This document shows positions 9,562 to 18,529 of a stretch of DNA of 64,000 bases, one piece after another. The stretch comes from Bacillota bacterium (GTDB lineage Bacteria > Bacillota > Clostridia > Oscillospirales > Ruminococcaceae), in the NCBI GenBank assembly GCA_023457355.1, contig JAEWLW010000054.1, positions 28,420-92,419 of the forward strand, read 5' to 3'. Within the stretch, counting starts at the first letter, position 1. Every line of letters starts with the position of its first letter. The translations under genes and the position numbers were made by a program. The notes beneath the pieces were generated by a model that made no database searches, was not told the origin of the DNA, and saw only the letters and a list, made by a program, of their open reading frames with translations.

Positions 9562-10574
9562 ATAACCCCCATCGACCGCATCGTTTCGGCAATCTGCACC
9601 GCATTGACGGCGGCACCTTTTCGGATCTGGTCACCGCAGCACCAAAAGGTCAGCCCATTGCGCGTGCTGGAGATATCCTCCCGGATTCGGCCGACGTAGA
9701 CCAGATCCTGCTCGGAGGTATCCTTAGGCATCGGGTAGATATTATGTAGCGGATCGTCCACAACCTTGATGCCGGGCGCCTTTGCCAGCAGCTCTCGCGC
9801 CTGGTCGGGAGTAATCGGACGCTCGGTTTCAATGGTGATGGATTCGGAGTGGCTGCGAAAGACCGGAACACGCACACAGGTGCAGTTCACCATCAGCTCG
9901 GGGCTGCCAAGAATTTTGCGGCCCTCTTTGACCATCTTCATTTCTTCGTGGCTGTAAGCATTATCTTCAAAATAATCAATATGCGGAATAAGATTGAATG
10001 CGATTTGATGTGCGAAAGCTTTCGGCGAAATCGGTTCTCCGCCGAGCACCTGCCGGGCCTGTAACGCCAACTCTGAAAGGCCGGCCGCCCCGGCGCCGGA
10101 CACCGCCTGATAGGTGGAGGCGATAATGCGCTTAACGCCGGCATAGTCATGCAGCGGCTTTATCGGCACCATGGCAATAATGGTGGAGCAGTTCGGATTG
10201 GCAATGATGCCGTTGTGATTTTGCAAAGCCTCGGGATTGACTTCCGGCACCACCAGCGGCACACCTTCGGCCAGACGCCAGGCGCTGGAGTTATCAATGA
10301 CGATGCAGCCCGCCTCCACGGCGGCCGGAGCCAGCTTCTTGCTTACAGCGTCTGCCACTGCAAACAGTGCGATATCCACGCCTTCAAATGCGGATTCCCT
10401 GGACTCCTCAATCTTTACGGCCCGGCCGCAAAACATGATCTCTTTGCCGACATTTTCAGCCACGTCGAGAGGCTTTAAATCTTTCACCGGAAAATTTCTG
10501 CGTTCTAGCGTCTTGAGCATTTCCTGACCGACGGCGCCCATTGCTCCAACAACTGCCACACAATACTCTTTCAT
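9558..10574 (-). CDS. asd: Aspartate-semialdehyde dehydrogenase
   Basis: DNSSAWR, ANPNCST, STYQAVSGAG, CVRVPV..HSE, KGAAVNAVQIAE. Confidence 0.97.
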   Translation of the reverse strand: MKEYCVAVVGAMGAVGQEMLKTLERRNFPVKDLKPLDVAENVGKEIMFCGRAVKIEESRESAFEGVDIALFAVADAVSKKLAPAAVEAGCIVIDNSSAWRLAEGVPLVVPEVNPEALQNHNGIIANPNCSTIIAMVPIKPLHDYAGVKRIIASTYQAVSGAGAAGLSELALQARQVLGGEPISPKAFAHQIAFNLIPHIDYFEDNAYSHEEMKMVKEGRKILGSPELMVNCTCVRVPVFRSHSESITIETERPITPDQARELLAKAPGIKVVDDPLHNIYPMPKDTSEQDLVYVGRIREDISSTRNGLTFWCCGDQIRKGAAVNAVQIAETMRSMGVI

Positions 10575-10617
10575 CGTATATCCTCCTCAAACTATAAGAA
10601 GCCAATACAGCCATACT

Positions 10618-10674
10618 ACTCACCACATGATGAGTCGTTAAAAAAATTATAAATTGGCTTTTACAAAAAGTCAA
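10618..10674 (-). promoter_or_regulatory. SigA-type promoter of asd operon plus candidate operator
   Basis: TTGACT-17bp-TATAAT on - strand (10669-74, 10646-51); ACTCA-N8-TGAGT dyad at 10618-10635. Confidence 0.7.
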
Positions 10675-10900
10675 TAGACTTTTACTTATTTTTTGAAAGA
10701 ATATATGAAGATTCCTGCATTTTTAAGTACGGCCTTTTACGGTGAGACCAAATTTGAGAAGTTTGTGCCAGCTATTTTACGTAGCAAGATGCCTAAGTCA
10801 AAATATAAAAATCCATTAACATTTAACAGCACGCGCGTCAAACAAGTGGTAAAACAACTAAATTAATGCATTTATTCTAATTAAAATGCATAAAAACCGC

Positions 10901-11239
10901 CTAAAAATAAGTTTTTACAGCTTTTCGTACAACGCCGCTGAACAGATAAGTCACCACCACAAAAATCAGAGAGAGGGTCACGTTCAGTCCACCCTGTAAA
11001 ATGCCATACTGCCCGTCCAGAATTGTCAGGATACCATTGAACCCGCAGTAAACCGAAAATGCAAGTTGCGGCCTGAACAAAAATCGAATCAGGCCGTCGG
11101 CATCACGGCAAGGAATACCGCTCACCGCACGTGGTAAGTAACCGCCCGAAATAATTCGCTTGTTTCGCATCTTCAGTGCCGCTGCCAATCCGTAGACGCC
11201 GACAAAAAGCTGGATAAGTCCGAATAGTATTTGAAACAT
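10901..11239 (-). CDS. Small hypothetical membrane protein
   Basis: Three hydrophobic segments; GGGGG RBS-like run upstream. Confidence 0.7.
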   Translation of the reverse strand: MFQILFGLIQLFVGVYGLAAALKMRNKRIISGGYLPRAVSGIPCRDADGLIRFLFRPQLAFSVYCGFNGILTILDGQYGILQGGLNVTLSLIFVVVTYLFSGVVRKAVKTYF

Positions 11240-11588
11240 GGTGACGCCCCCTTTTTCATATTAGTTTCCAGTATAAGGTTATCCTTTGGCAGATTCAACC
11301 TCGTTGTTCAATTTCAGTTAAATTTCAAAATAAGTGAACAAATTATGTCTCATTGGAGTCTGATTATTGGCTGTTTGCACAAGAAAAAAGGGGCCTGCCG
11401 CACCCAACGAGGAAGCATTAAGGCGCTTTGAGGCAGAGCTTTAAATCCTGTAAGACTGTGGTTCTGCAATACAACAGCAAAGCACAAATCAAAGAATCTG
11501 TGCATTCCAATCTGCGCAGAAAGCATCAGGCATTCCCTTTCAAAGTATATTAGAATATTTACGTTTAAAATATACTTTAATATTTAGT

Positions 11589-11930
11589 GTGGCCGGACCG
11601 TTATCAGATACTGTCACAGTTAGTCTGTCTGGCAATGAATTAGTGGTGGGAGAAAGCGGAATTTATCAAATAACGATATCGATTAATGCGGTAGCTACAA
11701 CTGATCCGGACCCGGACCAACCATATCTAAATGCTATTATTACCGTCAATGGTGGGCCTATTTTTGGTGATACCACTACTTTTTTTAAGATAGCGAACAG
11801 AAGCAGCTCGTCGTTTGTCGCTCAGGCATCCTTAACAGCAGGAGATGAAGTAGGCGTAAGTATCAGTACGGATTTTCCTGTTTTAGGTTATATGAATCGC
11901 TCTTTAACTGTTGTTCAATTAAGTGATTAA
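11589..11930 (+). pseudogene. Probable 5'-truncated spore-surface (BclA C-terminal-like) beta-sandwich domain
   Basis: ..ESGIYQITISI..ITVNG..LTAGDEV..RSLTVVQLS pattern; AT-rich; no RBS before GTG. Confidence 0.5.
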
Positions 11931-11955
11931 ATCCTTTTAAATATTAAGCAAAATG

Positions 11956-12004
11956 AAAAAGCGTAGGTTCTGGACGATGTTCGTACCATGAACCTACGCT
12001 TTTG
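11956..12004. terminator. Bidirectional terminator
   Basis: AAAAAGCGTAGGTTC..GAACCTACGCTTTT. Confidence 0.8.
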
Positions 12005-12054
12005 ACTGTCAATAAAGTAGTTTTGTAAGGAGCAACGCTGCCAGCGCCGACGGC

Positions 12055-12447
12055 TTAGTCCTTCAGCGGAACACCGTTTGCATCACAGTTGATTGCCCCG
12101 GCCAGCAGCATAACGCCTTCCACAAACCCCCAGATTGCACCGATACCAAAGCAAAAAGACAGAGCAATCTGGGCGATGGCCTTGCCTATGTAACCCAAAT
12201 AAAAATTATGGACGCCGAGACCGCCTAAAAAGATGCCCAGCAAGCCGGCCACCAGCCGCGACTTTTGTCCATAAGCCGGAAGGGGCGCTGACAGCGCCGC
12301 GCCGCAGTGCATACAGACCGTGGCATTCGGCACGGTTTCACCGCCGCAGTTCTGACAATAGTTGGGCCCGTCCCCTGCCCGTACACCGCATTTGACGCAA
12401 ACCACCGCCCGGTCGTCCATGGAATTGCCACAATTTCTGCAAAACAT
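12055..12447 (-). CDS. Double zinc-ribbon plus TM2-domain membrane protein
   Basis: CxxCG repeats; KSRLVAGLLGIFLGGLGVHNFYLGY. Confidence 0.92.
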   Translation of the reverse strand: MFCRNCGNSMDDRAVVCVKCGVRAGDGPNYCQNCGGETVPNATVCMHCGAALSAPLPAYGQKSRLVAGLLGIFLGGLGVHNFYLGYIGKAIAQIALSFCFGIGAIWGFVEGVMLLAGAINCDANGVPLKD

Positions 12448-12469
12448 AAAAATCCCCCTGATTGATACG

Positions 12470-12823
12470 CTATCCGGCCAGACCGGTTAGCTTTATGATA
12501 TAATTTATGATAAATCCTGCTCCAATCAAACCCAACACTGAAGCATTAAGGCCCTTATGATGAAACAACCGTCCGTTTTTCAGGATATACCCGGCCACCA
12601 GCGGAAGCGAAAGAACCATTGGATGATAAGAAAAAGCGGTTTTAAAGTCCAGTGCGCATAAGGCTTTTACAGCACGCGTCATTCCGCACCCCGGACAGGG
12701 AATGTGCAGAAAACGCTGAAAAATACAGCCGAACTGGATGTGGTCCAGAAAAATATATAACGCCGCCAGCAGCGCGACTGCAAACAAAACCAAGATATTG
12801 CGCCGCCATAACAGAAGCTTCAA
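12470..12823 (-). CDS. DUF2752-like membrane protein
   Basis: CIF..PCPGCGMTRA..AFSYHP. Confidence 0.88.
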   Translation of the reverse strand: MKLLLWRRNILVLFAVALLAALYIFLDHIQFGCIFQRFLHIPCPGCGMTRAVKALCALDFKTAFSYHPMVLSLPLVAGYILKNGRLFHHKGLNASVLGLIGAGFIINYIIKLTGLAG

Positions 12824-12932
12824 ACGCTACCTCTCCTTCGGCTACGCCCGATAATCTGTTACCAGTATAAAGTGACGGTGCCAAAAAGTCAATCGGCGCA
12901 TCAAAAGCCTGATACGCCGACTGCACCCATTT

Positions 12933-14153
12933 TTAAGCCTTCAAAACAGCTTTGTGGAACACTTTTTTACCCTTTTTAATCACAACATAGCCTTTTTCAA
13001 AAGAGGCAGCGGCAACGTTTGCGGCAAAGTCGGTCACTTTTTCATCGTCAACCATAATGCCGCCCTGTTGAATCAGGCGCCGGGCTTCACCGTTGGAGGG
13101 CGCCAGCCCGGTGATTTTCAACAGCTCTACGATATTGATTGCGCCATCGGCCAGCGTAATTTCGGTAAAAGGCATGTGCGCGCTGTCGGCACCCGAAACA
13201 AACAGCGCACGGGCGGCCTCAAGCGCCTTTTGCGCATCCTCTTCGCTGTGCACCATCTTAGTCAGCTCAAAGGCCAGAATCTCCTTGGCGCGGTTTAACT
13301 GTGCACCCTCCCAGCTTTCCATCGCTTCAATCTCCTCAACGGGCAGGAAGGTCAGGAACTTCAGGCACTTAATGACGTCGTTATCGCCAACATTGCGCCA
13401 GTACTGGAAGAAATCGTAGGGCGACATTTTTTCACGGTCGAGCCACACAGCACCCTTTTCGGTTTTGCCCATCTTTTTACCCTCGCTGTTGGTCAACAGG
13501 TTGAAGGTCATGCCGAAAACTTCTTTGCCCTCGGCGCGGCGCACAAGCTCAACGCCCCCCAAAATATTCGACCACTGGTCGTCACCGCCCAGCTGCATGG
13601 TATTGTGGTAGGCTCTGAAAAGATGCAGAAAATCGTAGCTCTGCATGATCATATAGTTAAACTCCAGGAAGGTGAGGCCTTTTTCCATGCGGGATTTATA
13701 GCACTCGGCCGCCAACATGCGGTTGACCGAGAAATGCACGCCGACCTCGCGCAGCAGCTCGATGTAGTTTAAATTCATCAGCCAGTCGCCGTTGCGCGCC
13801 ACAATGCACTTTTCAGGTGAAAAGTCGACGAAACGCTCCATCTGCTTTCTGAAACATTCGGCGTTGTAGTTGATCTGCTCAACGGTAAGCATTTTACGCA
13901 TATCGGTTTTGCCCGAGGGGTCACCGACCATGGTGGTGCCGGTTCCCAGCAGGACAACCGGGCGATGCCCCGCCATTTGCAGGCGCCGGATGATCAGAAG
14001 CTGCAAAAGATGGCCGACGTGCAGGCTGTCCGCCGTGGCGTCAAATCCGATATAAAAGGTCACGCACTCGTTTTCCAGCGCTTTTTTAATCGACTCTTCA
14101 CTGGTCATCTGCGCAATCAATCCACGGCGCTTGAGTTCTTCAAACACGGTCAT
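12933..14153 (-). CDS. tyrS: Tyrosine--tRNA ligase
   Basis: HVGH, GGDDQW, KMGKT, S4 domain. Confidence 0.98.
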   Translation of the reverse strand: MTVFEELKRRGLIAQMTSEESIKKALENECVTFYIGFDATADSLHVGHLLQLLIIRRLQMAGHRPVVLLGTGTTMVGDPSGKTDMRKMLTVEQINYNAECFRKQMERFVDFSPEKCIVARNGDWLMNLNYIELLREVGVHFSVNRMLAAECYKSRMEKGLTFLEFNYMIMQSYDFLHLFRAYHNTMQLGGDDQWSNILGGVELVRRAEGKEVFGMTFNLLTNSEGKKMGKTEKGAVWLDREKMSPYDFFQYWRNVGDNDVIKCLKFLTFLPVEEIEAMESWEGAQLNRAKEILAFELTKMVHSEEDAQKALEAARALFVSGADSAHMPFTEITLADGAINIVELLKITGLAPSNGEARRLIQQGGIMVDDEKVTDFAANVAAASFEKGYVVIKKGKKVFHKAVLKA

Positions 14154-14197
14154 TTTTATCTTCTCCTTTTTTATAGCTTGGCTTATTCTTCAGGATA

Positions 14198-14354
14198 TCA
14201 GGGCGTCTTTCCAAAGTTAAAGCAACGGGAATTCGCTGAGAGCGCTTTGCGCAAGGCAAAAAGCGCAGGTATGCCGAACGTCTGTCGAGCATTTTCAATG
14301 CGGCCTGCTTTTCTGTAGAATGCCCAAAAACTGGGGGTTTTAAGAAGGGCCTGA
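14198..14354. repeat. Possible MITE-like insertion between T-box terminator and tyrS RBS
   Basis: Imperfect terminal inverted repeats TCAGG..; about 200 nt gap between terminator and start codon. Confidence 0.4.
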
Positions 14355-14359
14355 CCACA

Positions 14360-14640
14360 TAAAAACGCCCTCTGCCCCGGCAACCGGAGCAGAGGGCGCA
14401 AAAAACATTTTACGCGGTACCACCTCTGTTTGCCGCCTTTAAAAAGCGGCCTTACCGAACGCAAGTACGTTCTCACGCCGTAACGGGCGCACCCGGCAGA
14501 CACGACTGACAGCCTAAAAGCTGCGTTTGCATCTGCGGCTCCGGGAGGTATTCACTAAAATCTGCGGCATTCCTTTTCACCAGCCAGGAACTCTCTGCGG
14601 CGCGCAAATAAAAGCTACTTATTCCCTTCACAGCCATTGA
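14360..14640 (-). promoter_or_regulatory. T-box riboswitch (Tyr)
   Basis: On - strand: AGAGA box, GCTGGTGAAA, specifier GAA-UAC (14548-50), T-box AGAGGTGGTACCGCG (14413-27), terminator hairpin plus U tract. Confidence 0.95.
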
Positions 14641-14645
14641 GCTTG

Positions 14646-14674
14646 ATTATAGCCTGACAGGGCACGTTTGTCAA
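14646..14674 (-). promoter_or_regulatory. SigA promoter of tyrS leader
   Basis: Perfect TTGACA-17bp-TATAAT. Confidence 0.9.
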
Positions 14675-14694
14675 CCCTTGTCATAATGGGGCGG

Positions 14695-16368
14695 TCATGT
14701 TGCAGAATGCCGGCAATTCTCCAACAGCTGCCGTGCATTTTCAAGCGCCAGCGCCGTAATCGGTTCGCCGTTCATGATGCGCGCCAGCTCTTTGGCACGG
14801 CCCTCTTCGCCCAGCGCCTGTATCTGCGTAAAGGTGCGCCCCTCGTTGACCTGCTTTTCGATCAAAAGATGGTGTGCGCCAAACGCCGCAACCTGCGCCA
14901 GGTGCGTCACGCAGATAACCTGCCTGCTGCCGGCGACAGCCTGAAGCTTAGCCCCAACCTTCTGTGCGGCACGTCCGCTGATACCGGTATCAATCTCGTC
15001 GAAAATCAGCGTACCGATATCCTCCTTGCCGGAAAGGACGTTCTTGATGCCAAGCATAATGCGGCTCATTTCGCCGCCGGAAGCTATTTTAGAAAGCGGC
15101 TTGAGCGCTTCGCCCGGGTTCACCGAAAGCAGAAACTCCGCCTCATCCGCGCCGTTTTCGCCCAGGTGCTTTCTGGTCATGGCGATATCCATCTGTACGG
15201 CGGGCATGTCCAGGTCGCGCAGCTCGGCCTTAACGGCCGCAATCAGCCCATCGGCGGCGGCTTTTCGCGCCTGTGTCAGGGCATCTGCCGCGGCAACCGC
15301 GGCCTTTTGCGCCTTTTTCTGTTCAGACTTTAACTGTTCGACGGTCTGTTCGGAAAGCGTGATTTCATCCAGCTGCTGCTGCGCTTTTTCGCAATAGGCC
15401 AAAATCTCCGCGATGCTGCCGCCGTATTTTTTTTTCAGACGGCTGATGGCGTCCAGCCGCTCTTCAATGTCGTCGAGCTCCCGCGGGTCAAATTCCAGCG
15501 CGTCAAGTTGGTCGCGCAGCTGGGCGGAGATATCCTCCAGCTCATACTCAAAGCTGGCGACTGTTTGCGCGGCCTGGGAAAGCCCATCTATGTATTTGCC
15601 GGCATCCCCCAGCGCTTCCGAAGTATCGGATAAAAGCGCAATGGCGCCCTGCCACTCCTCCGCGCCCGAAAGGTTCTGGCGGCAGCGGTAGAGCAGCTCG
15701 CTCAAATGCTCGGCGTTGCGGATCACTCGTCTGCGCGCGAGCAACTCCTCTTCCTCTCCATCGGTTAATCGGCAAGCGGTAATCTCGTCAATTTCATAGT
15801 TTAAAAGATCAATCTGCCGGGCTTTGGCCGCCTCGTCGGTTTCAATGGCGGCCAGCTTGTTTTCAATGGTGCGCAATGCGCCGTAATGCCGACGGTATTC
15901 TTCGATGACAGGCTGCAATTCGCCGTAGCTATCCACAAATTGAAGGTGCGTCTCCGGCAGCGAAAGCAGCTGGCTATCCTGCTGCCCATGGGTATGGATC
16001 AGCAGCGCGCCGATGTTTTTAAGCATCGAAACAGTTGAAAGCTTGCCGTTGACACGGCAAACCGTGCTGTCGGCGGTGATGTCTCGCTCAATCAGGAGCT
16101 CGTTTTCCTCGACATCCACGCCCAGCGCCGCAAGGCCTTGGCAAACCGTATCCGAAAGCTTTGTGAACAACGCCGTGACGGAGGCTTTTTTCTCACCGGT
16201 GCGAATCAACTCCTTGGAGGTGCGCGATCCCAAAACAGCGCCGATAGCGCCGATCAAAATAGATTTACCGGCGCCTGTTTCGCCGGTGAATACATTGAGC
16301 CCGCCCTCGAAGGCGATCTGGGCGCTCTGAATGACCGCAATGTTTTGTATGCAAAGCTGTGAAAGCAT
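14695..16368 (-). CDS. recN: DNA repair protein RecN
   Basis: TGETGAGKS, ASGGEMSR, IFDEIDTG, VTHLAQVA. Confidence 0.98.
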   Translation of the reverse strand: MLSQLCIQNIAVIQSAQIAFEGGLNVFTGETGAGKSILIGAIGAVLGSRTSKELIRTGEKKASVTALFTKLSDTVCQGLAALGVDVEENELLIERDITADSTVCRVNGKLSTVSMLKNIGALLIHTHGQQDSQLLSLPETHLQFVDSYGELQPVIEEYRRHYGALRTIENKLAAIETDEAAKARQIDLLNYEIDEITACRLTDGEEEELLARRRVIRNAEHLSELLYRCRQNLSGAEEWQGAIALLSDTSEALGDAGKYIDGLSQAAQTVASFEYELEDISAQLRDQLDALEFDPRELDDIEERLDAISRLKKKYGGSIAEILAYCEKAQQQLDEITLSEQTVEQLKSEQKKAQKAAVAAADALTQARKAAADGLIAAVKAELRDLDMPAVQMDIAMTRKHLGENGADEAEFLLSVNPGEALKPLSKIASGGEMSRIMLGIKNVLSGKEDIGTLIFDEIDTGISGRAAQKVGAKLQAVAGSRQVICVTHLAQVAAFGAHHLLIEKQVNEGRTFTQIQALGEEGRAKELARIMNGEPITALALENARQLLENCRHSAT

Positions 16369-16382
16369 CTTATTCCGCCGCC

Positions 16383-16838
16383 TTACTTGTTAATCAGCTT
16401 TTTAAGTCTTTCGGTAATCTGGGCAGCGCTCTCAATGGAGCGGGCCACCACAATAAAGGTATCGTCACCCGACAATGTGCCGACCACATCGCCGAATTCC
16501 GCCGCGTCAAAAGTGGCGCAGGCGGCGTTGGCCATGCCGGTATAGCACTTGATAACCACAATATTCTGGGCGTAATCGATGGATTTAACCGATTCGCTGA
16601 AAATCATGGCAAATTTACCCGACATATTGGCCCCCTGCTTGATGCGCATGGACACATAGCGGTACCGGCCGTTGTCGGAACGCACTTTGTGAATGCCAAG
16701 CTCCCGGATATCGCGCGAGACAGTAGCCTGGGTCACGTCAAAGCCGCAGCTTTTGAGATGCTCAAGCAACCCCTCCTGCGTGTCAATCGCTTCATCAGCA
16801 ATCAGTTCCAAAATTTTAGCATGACGACTTGCTTTCAT
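16383..16838 (-). CDS. argR: Arginine repressor
   Basis: TQATVSRDI, GTLSGDDT; start at MKASRH. Confidence 0.96.
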   Translation of the reverse strand: MKASRHAKILELIADEAIDTQEGLLEHLKSCGFDVTQATVSRDIRELGIHKVRSDNGRYRYVSMRIKQGANMSGKFAMIFSESVKSIDYAQNIVVIKCYTGMANAACATFDAAEFGDVVGTLSGDDTFIVVARSIESAAQITERLKKLINK

Positions 16839-16843
16839 GTGGT

Positions 16844-17710
16844 TTACCCCCTTAGTTTTAGCTTTTGGTTCAAAGTTTGGTAAAAACTGCGGCTTCTTAA
16901 GCATATAAAGCGGGAAACATACCGCGATTTTTCAATTGAAACATGGTCGATTTCACCGATATCCGCTACAGACGTGCCGTCGACAATCACGCACAGCTCT
17001 GCGTTGGGGTCGGGCATGCGGGGGCGAACCACCAGGCATTTATCCGAAGAAAACACGATGGACCTGCCCGAAAGCGAATGCGGGCAGATGGGCGTCATGG
17101 TGATGGTTTCGACCGATGGGTCGATGATGGGGCCGCCTGCAGAAAGCGAATAGGCAGTGGAGCCGGTCGGGGTGGCAAAGATGATGCCGTCCGCGCGGTA
17201 TTCTCCCACCGGGTCGACGCCGCACAACACGCGGATATCAATGGCGCGCCCAAACTGCGTCCGGCAGATCACCACATCGTTGATCGCATAGCCGGTCACC
17301 TGCTGCGCGTTGGTCCCAAACACCGACGTGCGCAGCACCATGCGGTTTTCGATACTATAATCGCCGGTTTTAAGCAATTCCAGCGACGAAAGATCGCCCG
17401 CTTCCATCTGGGAAAGAAAACCCAGCCGCCCGGAGTTAATGCCCAAAATCGGCTTATCATAGCGCATGGCAACGCCCGCCTGGTGAAAGATGGTGCCGTC
17501 GCCGCCGATGGCAATAACCGCGTCGCAGGCGTTCAGCAGCGCTTCAAGATCATCGGTTGCGATATCGCTACAGCATTCAAGCGCTTCGGCGTCGGCTTTT
17601 GACAGCATGGGCACAAGGCCGCAATCCCGCAGACGGGCCACAGCCTCCTGGGTACAGGCCACCGCATTGGCAAGCTTCAGATTCGGGCAAAGCAAGATTT
17701 TTTCCATCAT
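16844..17710 (-). CDS. nadK: NAD kinase
   Basis: GGDGT, NDVV, TPTGSTAYSLSAGGP. Confidence 0.96.
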   Translation of the reverse strand: MMEKILLCPNLKLANAVACTQEAVARLRDCGLVPMLSKADAEALECCSDIATDDLEALLNACDAVIAIGGDGTIFHQAGVAMRYDKPILGINSGRLGFLSQMEAGDLSSLELLKTGDYSIENRMVLRTSVFGTNAQQVTGYAINDVVICRTQFGRAIDIRVLCGVDPVGEYRADGIIFATPTGSTAYSLSAGGPIIDPSVETITMTPICPHSLSGRSIVFSSDKCLVVRPRMPDPNAELCVIVDGTSVADIGEIDHVSIEKSRYVSRFICLRSRSFYQTLNQKLKLRG

Positions 17711-18526
17711 CTAAGTCGCGCTTAAGTTCTGGTGCGCATCCTCCACAATTTTTAAAGCGTCGTCCAAAGGTTGGCTGTCCGGCGCCTCCTTGATGAGATA
17801 AAGCAGGTATTCAATATTTCCTTCCGGCCCTTTTACAGGTGAAAAGGATAACCCCTTTACATTGAAAGAAAGGGATTGGGCACAAAGAACAACCTTTTCA
17901 ATCACTGCCAGATGGACGTTTTTATCGCTGACCACGCCCTTTTTCCCGACCTGATCGCGCTCGGCCTCAAACTGCGGTTTAATCAGGCAGACGACCGCAC
18001 CGCCGGGCTTTAACAATCTGTATGCCGCAGGTAGAACAATTGAAAGAGAAATAAACGAGACGTCAATGCTGATAAAATCGATTGGTTCATCAACATCAGC
18101 TGCGGTGAGATGGCGCACATTGGTGCGCTCGCGGTTGACAACCCGCGCATCCTGCCGCAGGCTCCAGGCCAGCTGACCGTAGCCGACATCAAAGGCGTAG
18201 ACCTTATTCGCGCCGTTTTGCAGCATACAGTCGGTAAAGCCGCCGGTTGAGGCGCCAAAATCACAACAGATGCAATCTGTTAAACGCAACGGAAAAACCG
18301 CCAGCGCCTTTTCCAGTTTTAATCCTCCCCGGCTGACATAGCGCAGGGCGTTGCCTCTGACTTCAATAGGCGTAACTTCCTTATAATCTTCCCCGGGTTT
18401 ATCCGCTTTTTGCCCGGCGGCATACACCCTGCCCGCCATAATCAGCGCCTGTGCCTGAGCGGTATCGGGTGCCAAGCCGCGTTCCACCAGCAACGCATCC
18501 AGCCGTTTTTTCATTTTAACACGCAC
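17711..18526 (-). CDS. tlyA: TlyA family rRNA methyltransferase
   Basis: YVSRGGLKL, GASTGGFTD, DVSFISL, LIKPQFE. Confidence 0.96.
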   Translation of the reverse strand: MRVKMKKRLDALLVERGLAPDTAQAQALIMAGRVYAAGQKADKPGEDYKEVTPIEVRGNALRYVSRGGLKLEKALAVFPLRLTDCICCDFGASTGGFTDCMLQNGANKVYAFDVGYGQLAWSLRQDARVVNRERTNVRHLTAADVDEPIDFISIDVSFISLSIVLPAAYRLLKPGGAVVCLIKPQFEAERDQVGKKGVVSDKNVHLAVIEKVVLCAQSLSFNVKGLSFSPVKGPEGNIEYLLYLIKEAPDSQPLDDALKIVEDAHQNLSAT

Positions 18527-18529
18527 CTG

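Noticed and set aside
12890..12925. Fifth copy of the dispersed repeat (CTTTTGATGCGCC on - strand)
   Set aside because: Only about 13 bp match and the diagnostic hairpin is missing.
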